Source: a virus (taxonomy: Duplodnaviria; Caudoviricetes). From it: a stretch of DNA of 33,600 bases. Positions 1 through 7,810 of this stretch are shown in pieces. Where the stretch lies: the IMG/VR virus record IMGVR_UViG_3300044983_000111, positions 1 through 33,600 of that record; one strand, written 5' to 3'. The notes below the pieces were generated by a model. It saw only the letters and a program-made list of their open reading frames with translations, was not told the origin of the DNA and ran no database searches. The first letter of the stretch is position 1; the number at the start of each line of letters is the position of its first letter. The position numbers and the translations under genes are program-made.

Positions 1-1
1 C

Positions 2-409
2 ACACAAGACACAGGTAAAGAAATTGATACCACACTTGTACTTTGGACACGAGATGATAACGAAAATGTCGCCGTGTCTCCTGATGGAGTAGTGATTGGT
101 GCAGACGATGAAGTACCTGCTAAAGAAGCATGCGAAGTTAAATGTCTATCGTCAGCAAGTCATATAGAAGCATACCTGACACAAGAAGTACCAGATGAAT
201 ACATTTATCAGACTCGTCAATATTTTGTAGTTAATGACAAGCTAGAGACTTTATACGTCATTTTCTATGACCCACGCATGACAGTTAAAGATTGTTTTGT
301 GATCGAAGTAAGACGAGAGGATATAGCTGAAGAAATTAAGGAATGTTTGGAATATCAAGTTCGAGAATTGGCAGAAGTAGAGGAAATTATAAAAAATCTA
401 ACTTTCTAA
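2..409 (+). CDS. YqaJ/lambda-exonuclease-like recombination nuclease (5' partial)
   Basis: Frame is open from the window start; SPDG...EVKC...YQ motifs of PD-(D/E)xK lambda-exo/YqaJ nucleases. Confidence 0.8.
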   Translation, partial: TQDTGKEIDTTLVLWTRDDNENVAVSPDGVVIGADDEVPAKEACEVKCLSSASHIEAYLTQEVPDEYIYQTRQYFVVNDKLETLYVIFYDPRMTVKDCFVIEVRREDIAEEIKECLEYQVRELAEVEEIIKNLTF

Positions 410-410
410 C

Positions 411-1178
411 ATGTCAAAATCAAGAATAATAAATACAAAGTTTTGGATGGATGACTACATTTCTAATCTCGATCCAATTGAAAAACTATTGTTTTTATAC
501 TTTTTGACTAATCCATGTACTGATATCAGCGGTGTATACGAAATTCCCTTAAAGACTATTGCAACTGACACAGGAATTGAAAAAGAAATGGTTGTAAAGG
601 TCTTAAAACGCTTCCAGAAGGATAAAAAAATATTTTTTGAGGATGGTTGGATAGCAATTAAGAATTTTGCCAAACATCAAAACCTTAAAAACCCTCAAAT
701 TGCAAAAGGAGTAGAACTAGGGCTAAAGAAAGCCCCAGAATCATTAAAAAAGAAGATGTCAGATGAGTCATATATGAGTCATACAGGAGTCATGGATGAG
801 TCATTGCATCTTAATTCTAATCTTAATTCTAATCTTAATCTTAAGTCCGAAGTCTCGGACGACACAAAAACCAAGATTATTAAGTTTACGGAAAAGGATA
901 TGGAGATGGTTAATCTCCTAACAAGTCTGATTCAAAGAAATACCCCATCCTGGGAAATACGCGGTAGCCCAGATAAATGGGCAGAGGATATGAATAAGAT
1001 TCATCGCCTTGATGGTCGAACCTATGAGCAAATCGAATACATGATTAAGTGGACTCAGAACGATGGATTTTGGTCACAAAACATCCTTTCCGCTTCAAAG
1101 TTACGAGACAAATTCAATGATCTTATTCCCAAATTGAAAGGAATTAAAAGTAATTCAAAACCAAATTATGTACTTTAA
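411..1178 (+). CDS. Phage replication initiator (replisome organizer, lambda O-like)
   Basis: N-terminal FW.D...KLLFLYFLTN...SGVYEI HTH region, low-complexity linker containing DNA repeats, C-terminal FWSQNILSASKLRDKF domain typical of phage initiators. Confidence 0.8.
   Translation: MSKSRIINTKFWMDDYISNLDPIEKLLFLYFLTNPCTDISGVYEIPLKTIATDTGIEKEMVVKVLKRFQKDKKIFFEDGWIAIKNFAKHQNLKNPQIAKGVELGLKKAPESLKKKMSDESYMSHTGVMDESLHLNSNLNSNLNLKSEVSDDTKTKIIKFTEKDMEMVNLLTSLIQRNTPSWEIRGSPDKWAEDMNKIHRLDGRTYEQIEYMIKWTQNDGFWSQNILSASKLRDKFNDLIPKLKGIKSNSKPNYVL
763..844. repeat. Putative replication origin: 4 GAGTCAT iterons plus 3 AT-rich 12-mers
   Basis: GAGTCAT starts at 765, 776, 787 and 798 (11-bp period); TCTTAATTCTAA at 809 and 821, variant TCTTAATCTTAA at 833; all inside the initiator gene. 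Confidence 0.7.
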
Positions 1179-1569
1179 AATTATTCGAGGATACAACACA
1201 GAAGACTACATTGAAATTGATAGATCAGAACTTGAGAAGGCATACTACTGCTTCCTTGAGAAGAAAGATGCAATTTTCAGTGGTGGTGCAGTCAGAGGTT
1301 CTCAAATACAAACTATTCAACCAGATTTTCACAGAGCTATGGGTTGGAATAGAGGGTACAAACTTGGGGCAGAAGATTTTGAAGAATTAGGTAGTAAGGG
1401 AGTTGACCGAAAGTATCGAAATATTCTCTTAGAATCAGAGAATCGAGTGAAGCATCTCATTGAAACAAAACAAGAATATTTGATCGGTAAAGGAGTAGAT
1501 ATTCCTAAAATTGAAACAAAAGTATCAAATGAGGTTGCGCAGCTCGCCAATAGTAAACGAATATCATGA
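1168..1569 (+). CDS. Hypothetical protein, replication module
   Basis: 133-aa ORF overlapping both neighbours. Confidence 0.7.
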   Translation: MYFKIIRGYNTEDYIEIDRSELEKAYYCFLEKKDAIFSGGAVRGSQIQTIQPDFHRAMGWNRGYKLGAEDFEELGSKGVDRKYRNILLESENRVKHLIETKQEYLIGKGVDIPKIETKVSNEVAQLANSKRIS

Positions 1570-1973
1570 GTAAAGATTTCACCGCACATTTTCAAATTCA
1601 GAATGGCCAGATAGTTTGGAAGAGTCAATCCTACATCGATGTATGGCTTCCGAAACTCGAAGGTCAGAAAGGAATGCTTGTAATCAGAAAGAAATTTAAT
1701 AAGCGATCTTTAGATCAAAATGCTTTGTACTGGGTCTGGATGCAGACGATCTCAGAACATACAGGTCACACCCCAGAAGAACTGCATCATATTTTCAAAG
1801 GTCGATTTGCTCCAAAAAAACAAGTCGAGATTGCAAAAGTTATATACAACATTCCAAAAGGTACAAGCGAAATGAGTGTCGGTGAAATGGTTGAAATGAT
1901 GATGCACGTAGAAGCTGAGGCTGGACAGATGGGGATAGTACTTCCGCACCCAGAAGACTTATATAAATCGTAA
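1566..1973 (+). CDS. ninB: NinB/YbcN-family recombination protein
   Basis: KRSLDQNALYW motif, followed by GHTPEELH and TSEMSVGEM. Confidence 0.75.
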   Translation: MSKDFTAHFQIQNGQIVWKSQSYIDVWLPKLEGQKGMLVIRKKFNKRSLDQNALYWVWMQTISEHTGHTPEELHHIFKGRFAPKKQVEIAKVIYNIPKGTSEMSVGEMVEMMMHVEAEAGQMGIVLPHPEDLYKS

Positions 1974-2284
1974 TGAAACACCGTGTCTCTCCACAAAAGA
2001 AAATGGTACTCGACATCCTAGAGAGAAACCCTCTTAGTCGTGAGAGACGTAACAAGAATCGAACAATCTCCTACCTCATCAGACAGAACTATCAATCACT
2101 GAAAAACATAGACAAAGGGGTCATAGAGAAGGTGGTGCATGACATATTGGCCTTTGATCGCTATTGGAGACTCATAATAGCTGATAGAGATGATTTAAAA
2201 GGTCGAGACTACAACGGAAAAGGCTTTAAAGAAAAAGAACAACTTGAACAAGAAGCACAAATAAACTATGGATATGCACATTAA
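1973..2284 (+). CDS. Hypothetical protein
   Basis: 103-aa ORF, TAATG coupling to the upstream gene. Confidence 0.65.
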   Translation: MKHRVSPQKKMVLDILERNPLSRERRNKNRTISYLIRQNYQSLKNIDKGVIEKVVHDILAFDRYWRLIIADRDDLKGRDYNGKGFKEKEQLEQEAQINYGYAH

Positions 2285-2435
2285 CATAACCCACTACATC
2301 TATATCAGTTTCGCTCTCATAGCACTTTTCATAGCTATAGTTTCTCTCATACTCGATCGTATAGAACAAGGTGTAGAAGATGCCGCAGATGAATTGGATA
2401 GGGTTGAGGATAGGATTAAAAACATTAACAAATAA
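2268..2435 (+). CDS. Small single-TM protein (55 aa; not in ORF track)
   Basis: Translated by hand: MDMHINITHYIYISFALIALFIAIVSLILDRIEQGVEDAADELDRVEDRIKNINK; fills the intergenic gap. Confidence 0.6.
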   Translation: MDMHINITHYIYISFALIALFIAIVSLILDRIEQGVEDAADELDRVEDRIKNINK

Positions 2436-2438
2436 TAT

Positions 2439-2759
2439 ATGACAAAAACAATAGGCTATCGACACGGAGAAATTGCATTTATAAGTATAAACTCACTACC
2501 ACAAGGTCTTACAGAGTCTAAGACTAATGTAATTGTTACTGGTTCTCATGGAAATAATCATACATTTACAGGGGGAAAATTATATCTCCTTTCTGAAATG
2601 AAAGATTTTATAATTGGTTATTTAGTATCGAAAAATACAAATCTACTTCATCCTGAACATTCACCAAAGAAAGGAGATGCTGTACTACCAGATGGAATAT
2701 ATGAGATTCGTAAACAACAAGAGTTTACCCCTGAAGGTCTAATACCAGTTATTGATTAA
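2439..2759 (+). CDS. Conserved His-motif phage protein (usual partner of DUF6745-like proteins)
   Basis: YRHGE, GSHGNNH, HPEH and LPDGIYEIRKQQEF motifs. Confidence 0.7.
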   Translation: MTKTIGYRHGEIAFISINSLPQGLTESKTNVIVTGSHGNNHTFTGGKLYLLSEMKDFIIGYLVSKNTNLLHPEHSPKKGDAVLPDGIYEIRKQQEFTPEGLIPVID

Positions 2760-2764
2760 ATATC

Positions 2765-3838
2765 ATGATTACCAAACTTACAAAAAAACAAGAAGCACAA
2801 ATACCAAAGTTTATTGATAAATATATCAACCTTGCTTCAAAACCAACAGATCGAAAAAAGGCAACTAAAGCAGTAGAGAATTTATATGCGAATGGTGGTT
2901 TTGAAAAACCAATAGTTATTTATGGAAAATCTCCATTTCAAACTGCGATTATGGTTGCGATGTGTAAAATTATTTTTAAGGAGAAAAATGTTGATTTATT
3001 AAAAGATGATAGCCAGCTTGATAGCCAGCTTCGTAGCCAGCTTCGTAGCCAGCTTGATAGCCAGCTTGATAGCCAGCTTCGTAGCCAGCTTCGTAGCCAG
3101 CTTGATAGCCAGCTTCGTAGCCAGCTTCGTAGCCAGCTTGATAGCCAGCTTGATAGCCAGCTTTATAGCCAGCTTGATAGCCAGCTTGATAGCCAGCTTA
3201 AAAATATTAATAGCGATTGGTGGTTAGTCGTATGGTGGTTAGTTTGGGCAGGGTGGTACTCGTTTGGAGAATATATCGGAGTGAAATTTGATAGTAAAAT
3301 TTTGAAAATATTTATGGATTTCGTAACGAATGTATCTTTTATTATTCCATATAAAGGAATTGCATTTGTTTCAGAAACACCAATAGAAATTAGTTGGGAA
3401 AATCAGAGACTTTCGTCAAAGACACAGCCTGCAATCAAATACGATAGTGGCGGAACAGATGATTTATATTTCCTTAATGGAGTTAGATTCGATAAAGAAT
3501 GGCATACAAAAATCGTCAATGACGAAATGTCACCAGAAGAGATATTTGCTATTGATAATCTTGAACATCGACGTATTGCATATGAGTACATGGATAAAAT
3601 CAAGATGAAATCTCTGAAGGATTACAAGGTACTTGATGAGCAGACTGATTCAAAAGGTAATCCAATGAAAATTATCTCCTTTATAGTTAAAGGTGTAGAT
3701 GATCCGTTGAAGTACTACAACTGTATCTGTCCAAGCACGGGTCGAGAATATTTCTTGGGGACAGATACAGATACATGTATTGAAGCGAAGAACAAATCAT
3801 TTGGATTATCAGAAATAGAGTTTGTTGATGAATGGTAA
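2765..3838 (+). CDS. DUF6745-like protein with internal (D/R)SQL tetrapeptide repeat
   Basis: N-terminal ITKLT..QEA, central xSQL x16, C-terminal LYFLNGVRF...NLEHRR...CPSTGREYF. Confidence 0.7.
   Translation: MITKLTKKQEAQIPKFIDKYINLASKPTDRKKATKAVENLYANGGFEKPIVIYGKSPFQTAIMVAMCKIIFKEKNVDLLKDDSQLDSQLRSQLRSQLDSQLDSQLRSQLRSQLDSQLRSQLRSQLDSQLDSQLYSQLDSQLDSQLKNINSDWWLVVWWLVWAGWYSFGEYIGVKFDSKILKIFMDFVTNVSFIIPYKGIAFVSETPIEISWENQRLSSKTQPAIKYDSGGTDDLYFLNGVRFDKEWHTKIVNDEMSPEEIFAIDNLEHRRIAYEYMDKIKMKSLKDYKVLDEQTDSKGNPMKIISFIVKGVDDPLKYYNCICPSTGREYFLGTDTDTCIEAKNKSFGLSEIEFVDEW
3008..3199 (+). repeat. 16 x 12-bp coding tandem repeat (GAT/CGT/TAT)AGCCAGCTT
   Basis: Read directly; the last 9 nt are invariant in all 16 units. 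Confidence 0.97.
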
Positions 3839-3842
3839 TAAC

Positions 3843-3992
3843 ATGGGAACAAAACTAATGATATTGGGAGTGTATTTAATACTAGATGCAAGAATGAAGC
3901 ATGGTTTTGAACCACACGGAGCGAGATGGTTGGATGTAATTACCTTATTAACTGGAATAGTATTAGTCCCTATAGGTTTCTTCATCATATGA
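3843..3992 (+). CDS. Small membrane protein (49 aa; not in ORF track)
   Basis: MGTKLMILGVYLILDARMKHGFEPHGARWLDVITLLTGIVLVPIGFFII; two hydrophobic stretches; ATGA coupling downstream. Confidence 0.5.
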   Translation: MGTKLMILGVYLILDARMKHGFEPHGARWLDVITLLTGIVLVPIGFFII

Positions 3993-4108
3993 GTGATGCA
4001 GAGGTTAGTTTGGGTCAAGTGATTTGCCATAAGGATAACTGTCACGGCTGGCAACACTGCGATTTGAACAAAAGTTTAATAGATACTACTAAGCCAGCTA
4101 AACATTAA
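3989..4108 (+). CDS. Small Cys/His protein (39 aa)
   Basis: ATGA overlap with the previous ORF; CHKDNCHGWQHC. Confidence 0.4.
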   Translation: MSDAEVSLGQVICHKDNCHGWQHCDLNKSLIDTTKPAKH

Positions 4109-4114
4109 AATCCC

Positions 4115-4351
4115 ATGTCATTACAAACAGAGAAGTTGAGCGAGGAGTGGAATAAGTATTCACAAAGAAGTGAAATAGAAGATGTCCATGTGATTGAATG
4201 TATAGATGATGCCTTAAATTTCTTTCTCTCCAAGCGTACAGAACTTTTAGCAGAAATTCGGGAGAAAATTGAGAAGGTCGATGTCTCTGGCGGAGGAAGT
4301 GGAAGGAGATTAAAAATGCAGATTTTAGAAGATTTATCCATCTTACAGTAA
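4115..4351 (+). CDS. Hypothetical protein (small-ORF cassette family)
   Basis: 78 aa; shares FLSK...EKV with 6088..6489. Confidence 0.65.
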   Translation: MSLQTEKLSEEWNKYSQRSEIEDVHVIECIDDALNFFLSKRTELLAEIREKIEKVDVSGGGSGRRLKMQILEDLSILQ

Positions 4352-4357
4352 ATAGAA

Positions 4358-4651
4358 ATGAAAACAACATCTTCAACATCAAAAAAGCAATTGAAACTAT
4401 CAAAATCAACTAGTTCTATTAGTGGTTTAAAAAGAGAGTTTAGAAATACTCATCCAAAAACTGTCGCTAAACTTGAAAAACGTTGGGATTTCAAAATGCT
4501 CACTCCTGTTATGGATACGGCTATGAGCATATTGGACAATGTGAACCCACGCCTCAAGAAATTGGCGAGAAAGGATGAGTACATAATCCAAGGTGGTGAA
4601 ATCGAGGAGAAAATTTGGAAATTATTAAGAACTGCAAGGAGATTAAAATAA
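4358..4651 (+). CDS. Hypothetical basic protein
   Basis: 97-aa ORF in a tightly packed operon. Confidence 0.6.
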   Translation: MKTTSSTSKKQLKLSKSTSSISGLKREFRNTHPKTVAKLEKRWDFKMLTPVMDTAMSILDNVNPRLKKLARKDEYIIQGGEIEEKIWKLLRTARRLK

Positions 4652-4657
4652 TCTAAC

Positions 4658-5017
4658 ATGCTCAACACCCTTATAGAAAAAGAATTGGAGAAGTTTGAAA
4701 GCCAGATACCGAAAAATGTTGGTGATGAACTTAAATATGGTTACAAAGTTGAAAGAAAAATTGATGGATACACTGAAATTTTCACCATTACAGATTGGGC
4801 GAATATTAAAAAATTCATCGAGTCCTCCCTCCGTCACGTAATAGAGAGAAGTTTTGCCGAAATTCAGATTGAACCTCAAGAGATAGTTTTGCCAGAAAAT
4901 GACACCATGAATGGAAAAACTAAACATGATTGGGAAGGTCAAAACTTATTCCTTGAAGGTCAGCAATCCGCCCTCTCCACCCTCCACTCCCGTCAGCAAT
5001 TATTCTTAAAGAAGTAA
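4658..5017 (+). CDS. Hypothetical protein (small-ORF cassette family)
   Basis: 119-aa ORF in a packed operon. Confidence 0.65.
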   Translation: MLNTLIEKELEKFESQIPKNVGDELKYGYKVERKIDGYTEIFTITDWANIKKFIESSLRHVIERSFAEIQIEPQEIVLPENDTMNGKTKHDWEGQNLFLEGQQSALSTLHSRQQLFLKK

Positions 5018-5020
5018 TGT

Positions 5021-5188
5021 ATGGAAAAAATAGTACACAAACTACATAAGTTTCTCTTTCCAAAACACTATCGAGCGCTGAAGGAAGCTATACAAATATC
5101 TTTTACTTATTGGGAAAAAAGTCCAGTGCAGGCAAAAAGAGAAGTCGGAGAAGATATTTATATGAGAATTATTAAAATAATTGGATAA
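5021..5188 (+). CDS. Hypothetical protein (55 aa; not in ORF track)
   Basis: MEKIVHKLHKFLFPKHY...IIKIIG; fills the gap exactly. Confidence 0.55.
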   Translation: MEKIVHKLHKFLFPKHYRALKEAIQISFTYWEKSPVQAKREVGEDIYMRIIKIIG

Positions 5189-5189
5189 C

Positions 5190-5435
5190 ATGAACTCACT
5201 CAAACAATATCTTATAGGTAAGAAGAAAATACCCGTTGAGATTCCTCATCACAGTCCATACCTATCTGGGTATAATGAAGCGATACAAGATTTCCTCTCA
5301 GACCTTCCCCAGCTAGAGAAGGAGCTTATGGAAGAAACAGGAAAATATGTACAAGAAAATATTGAGAAAAAGAGTTTTAACCAAGAATGGATGTTTGCTC
5401 ACTTAAAAATATTTATTCACAACTTCTTTAACTAA
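5190..5435 (+). CDS. Hypothetical protein
   Basis: ATG at 5190 just after the upstream stop; GYNEAI motif common in small phage ORFs. Confidence 0.6.
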   Translation: MNSLKQYLIGKKKIPVEIPHHSPYLSGYNEAIQDFLSDLPQLEKELMEETGKYVQENIEKKSFNQEWMFAHLKIFIHNFFN

Positions 5436-5439
5436 ACAT

Positions 5440-5592
5440 ATGGAAATTATAAAGCGAATGATAGTAAGATGGGCGGTCAAACAAATAAAAAAACTTCCAA
5501 AAGAGGCAACTTATTATACCTTAGAACAATATGGAATTTGCGATATTATCATAGACCCATATACATCTGAAAAATATTATTACTTTATTTAA
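5440..5592 (+). CDS. Hypothetical protein (50 aa; not in ORF track)
   Basis: MEIIKRMIVRWAVKQIKKLPK...YYYFI; fills the gap. Confidence 0.5.
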   Translation: MEIIKRMIVRWAVKQIKKLPKEATYYTLEQYGICDIIIDPYTSEKYYYFI

Positions 5593-5601
5593 CGATTAAA
5601 T

Positions 5602-5862
5602 ATGAAAGAAACATACGAAAAAATGGGAACAATAAGAGGTATACGATACGCTATTAAATTAGAAAAACGTGTAAAAGGTATGCCTGGTTTTGCACCAGAA
5701 TATAGAGATGAAGATGTGTGTGACATTGTATTTAAGTTTCCACATGATGCTGAAGAGCCATACGTACAATTTGCAGAAAATCCTCCTATTCTTACACCGA
5801 AAGACATACAACAGATACAGGATTTACTTATTAATGGATTTGATGAAAATAAGTTTAACTAA
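5602..5862 (+). CDS. Hypothetical protein
   Basis: 86-aa ORF in operon. Confidence 0.6.
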   Translation: MKETYEKMGTIRGIRYAIKLEKRVKGMPGFAPEYRDEDVCDIVFKFPHDAEEPYVQFAENPPILTPKDIQQIQDLLINGFDENKFN

Positions 5863-5863
5863 C

Positions 5864-6052
5864 ATGAATCTACCAATAGAGAAGAAAGAAGAAATGAAAA
5901 AAGGTGTGCTTAATTTTTTTAAGGAAGCATTTTGTGCAGATGGTGAGGTAAAGTTTGTAGAAGGAAATTTTAAATTTAAGGTGGAATCTATCATTGAAAT
6001 AAATGATAGTTCTCGAGGAACGTTTTATATAGCAAAAGTAATTAAAAAATAG
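5864..6052 (+). CDS. Hypothetical protein (62 aa)
   Basis: Start moved to ATG 5864, 1 nt after the upstream stop. Confidence 0.55.
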   Translation: MNLPIEKKEEMKKGVLNFFKEAFCADGEVKFVEGNFKFKVESIIEINDSSRGTFYIAKVIKK

Positions 6053-6087
6053 TTACCTCTTTGAACAAGATTTAATTATATAACACT

Positions 6088-6489
6088 ATGAAAGAACAAA
6101 ACAAATGTAAAAAATGTACACAAGATCCACGAGGGTACTGCTGTGATAAACATTACCCACTGCCCCACACCACAACAGAGGAAGGATTGAGAGAAGAACT
6201 AGCATTAAAAATGTGTTCTAATTTCGCAAAAGGTGGGTTTTTAACTACTGATTTAGATGGTGAATGGGAATATGACGAAGAAGAGATTATTAAATGGTTT
6301 CTCTCCAAGTTCACCCAAGCACAGATAGCAGTACTGGAGAAGGTGGAGAAGGAAGTGGGAGATGATTCTGAATTGGTAGTGACTCAATTACCAATGCTAT
6401 CTTACAATCGTGGGTATATAGACGGAATCAATAAAGAAAGATCAAGAATTCATCAGATCATCGCAGAAGCTAAGAAAGAACTAGAATGA
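6088..6489 (+). CDS. Hypothetical protein with N-terminal CxxC...CC.KH (small-ORF cassette family)
   Basis: 133-aa ORF. Confidence 0.65.
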   Translation: MKEQNKCKKCTQDPRGYCCDKHYPLPHTTTEEGLREELALKMCSNFAKGGFLTTDLDGEWEYDEEEIIKWFLSKFTQAQIAVLEKVEKEVGDDSELVVTQLPMLSYNRGYIDGINKERSRIHQIIAEAKKELE

Positions 6490-6716
6490 AAAAGAAACCA
6501 CTTCTAGACTCCATTCCTCCTTCAGAAACACTAAATAACCCTGTAAGCAGACCACTACTTGAAAACAAAGAATTAATACAAGTGATTGAAAAGTACCATG
6601 AATATGAGAAAAATCGTCGTGAGTCTTTCAAACCCATTACAGTCGGCATGTGGGAAGACCTTATACAAGAAGTCGAAGAATTGCAAGCCATTATTGATAG
6701 AAGTAAATTAGACTAA
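6486..6716 (+). CDS. Hypothetical protein
   Basis: 76 aa, ATGA overlap. Confidence 0.6.
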   Translation: MKKKPLLDSIPPSETLNNPVSRPLLENKELIQVIEKYHEYEKNRRESFKPITVGMWEDLIQEVEELQAIIDRSKLD

Positions 6717-6717
6717 T

Positions 6718-6912
6718 ATGATAGAAAAAATACTTGAATTTATTGGTATCTTCTTACTTATGATGTGTATTACTGCTATAATCGTAGGATCAGTAGGATT
6801 TGTACTTTCGTGGATATTTGAAGCTCCTTTTGATTGGAGAGTATTTATAGATTTGACTGTACTAACCGGTCTTCCCATAGGTATAATCCTCGCGTGCAGT
6901 TACTTAGTATAG
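6718..6912 (+). CDS. Small 2-TM membrane protein
   Basis: Two hydrophobic segments in 64 aa. Confidence 0.6.
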   Translation: MIEKILEFIGIFLLMMCITAIIVGSVGFVLSWIFEAPFDWRVFIDLTVLTGLPIGIILACSYLV

Positions 6913-6921
6913 TTGCGTAAG

Positions 6922-6968
6922 TTATCCACACCTAAATGATTTATTTCACTCTCATTTCATGCTATAAT
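6922..6968 (+). promoter_or_regulatory. DnaA box (TTATCCACA) plus extended -10 promoter (TGCTATAAT)
   Basis: Perfect DnaA box at 6922-6930; TGnTATAAT at 6960-6968; weak -35. Confidence 0.65.
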
Positions 6969-6974
6969 TAAATG

Positions 6975-7066
6975 GAAGGAGTTTGACGCTAACTAGTAAT
7001 GTAAATTACTGGTTTGCGTCAGTCCCCTTAAACATCGCATTAAAGCACTTTATTAGGTGCTTTTAA
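6975..7066 (+). ncRNA. Candidate small RNA or structured leader: long hairpin plus terminator-like hairpin
   Basis: TGACGC-T-AACTAGTAAT/GTAA/ATTACTGGTT-T-GCGTCA (6984-7021), then AAAGCACTT/TATT/AGGTGCTTT-T (7042-7064); immediately downstream of a promoter. Confidence 0.45.
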
Positions 7067-7074
7067 TCTTGTAT

Positions 7075-7143
7075 ATGGAAATAATAAATCTTGTACTTAT
7101 TCTTCTCATCTTAAGAGAATTGAAGAATAAGAAATACCAATAG
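7075..7143 (+). CDS. 22-aa hydrophobic/basic peptide (not in ORF track)
   Basis: MEIINLVLILLILRELKNKKYQ. Confidence 0.35.
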   Translation: MEIINLVLILLILRELKNKKYQ

Positions 7144-7190
7144 TTATACACAGTATAAACATTGTGAACGCAAAATGAAGGTGCTATAAT
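7144..7190 (+). promoter_or_regulatory. DnaA box (TTATACACA) plus sigma70-type promoter
   Basis: Box at 7144-7152; -35 TTGTGA 7162-7167, 17-bp spacer, TGCTATAAT 7182-7190. Confidence 0.7.
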
Positions 7191-7217
7191 GAATGGGCAA
7201 TCATCTCTTGGCACCTA

Positions 7218-7243
7218 AGCTAACTTTAATAGTTGGCTATTTT
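7218..7243 (+). terminator. Leader hairpin with U-tract upstream of ninG
   Basis: AGCTAACT-TTAAT-AGTTGGCT followed by ATTTT. Confidence 0.45.
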
Positions 7244-7253
7244 GCGTTATGTA

Positions 7254-7655
7254 ATGAAGAGAACAAAATTAAGAAAAAAGAGTAAATCTCCTCAGGCTCT
7301 CTTAGAGGACGAACTTTGGCAAGAATGTAGGCGTATTGTCGCGGAACAGTTTGGCACAGACTGTTACACATGCTCTGCAAAGAATCTCCAAGGGTCGAAC
7401 AAACAATTGGGTCATGTACCGTGGCCCAAAGCATCACTTGGAGCATATTTAAAATACGACATACGTGTGCTTCGGTACCAATGCTTTTCTTGTAATCTTC
7501 ACAGGGGAGGTATGGGCGCAGAAGCATACAAACGCATGCTCAAAGAAGAAGGCAAAGCATACATGGATAAGTTAGAGAAAGATCGGCAAGTGATAGTGAA
7601 GGCCTCAGATTTTTACACAAAGCTTCTCGCAGAGTATAAGAACATACGCAAATGA
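7254..7655 (+). CDS. ninG: NinG/Rap-family HNH-type endonuclease/resolvase
   Basis: CYTC...GH...QCFSCN Zn/HNH pattern; start moved to ATG 7254. Confidence 0.8.
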   Translation: MKRTKLRKKSKSPQALLEDELWQECRRIVAEQFGTDCYTCSAKNLQGSNKQLGHVPWPKASLGAYLKYDIRVLRYQCFSCNLHRGGMGAEAYKRMLKEEGKAYMDKLEKDRQVIVKASDFYTKLLAEYKNIRK

Positions 7656-7810
7656 CACACACCTTGAGAATTTATTACCTCATTACAAACGGTAAGCCTG
7701 AGTTATATACATTTTCTCTACGTCAGGCACTTGCATGGAAGAAAGCTAAGAAAGGTTCGGAGGTAGATTCATTTTTAATACGAAAAAAAATACATGATAG
7801 AACCATCTAA
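7652..7810 (+). CDS. Hypothetical protein (52 aa; not in ORF track)
   Basis: ATGA overlap with ninG; MTHTLRIYYLITNGKPELY...HDRTI. Confidence 0.5.
   Translation: MTHTLRIYYLITNGKPELYTFSLRQALAWKKAKKGSEVDSFLIRKKIHDRTI

Noticed and set aside
3008-3199. CRISPR array
   Set aside because: Contiguous 12-bp units with no unique spacers, in frame within a CDS, and no cas genes.
3006-3227. Alternative-frame ORF (IASL/VASF repeats)
   Set aside because: By-product of the stop-free tandem repeat inside 2765..3838.
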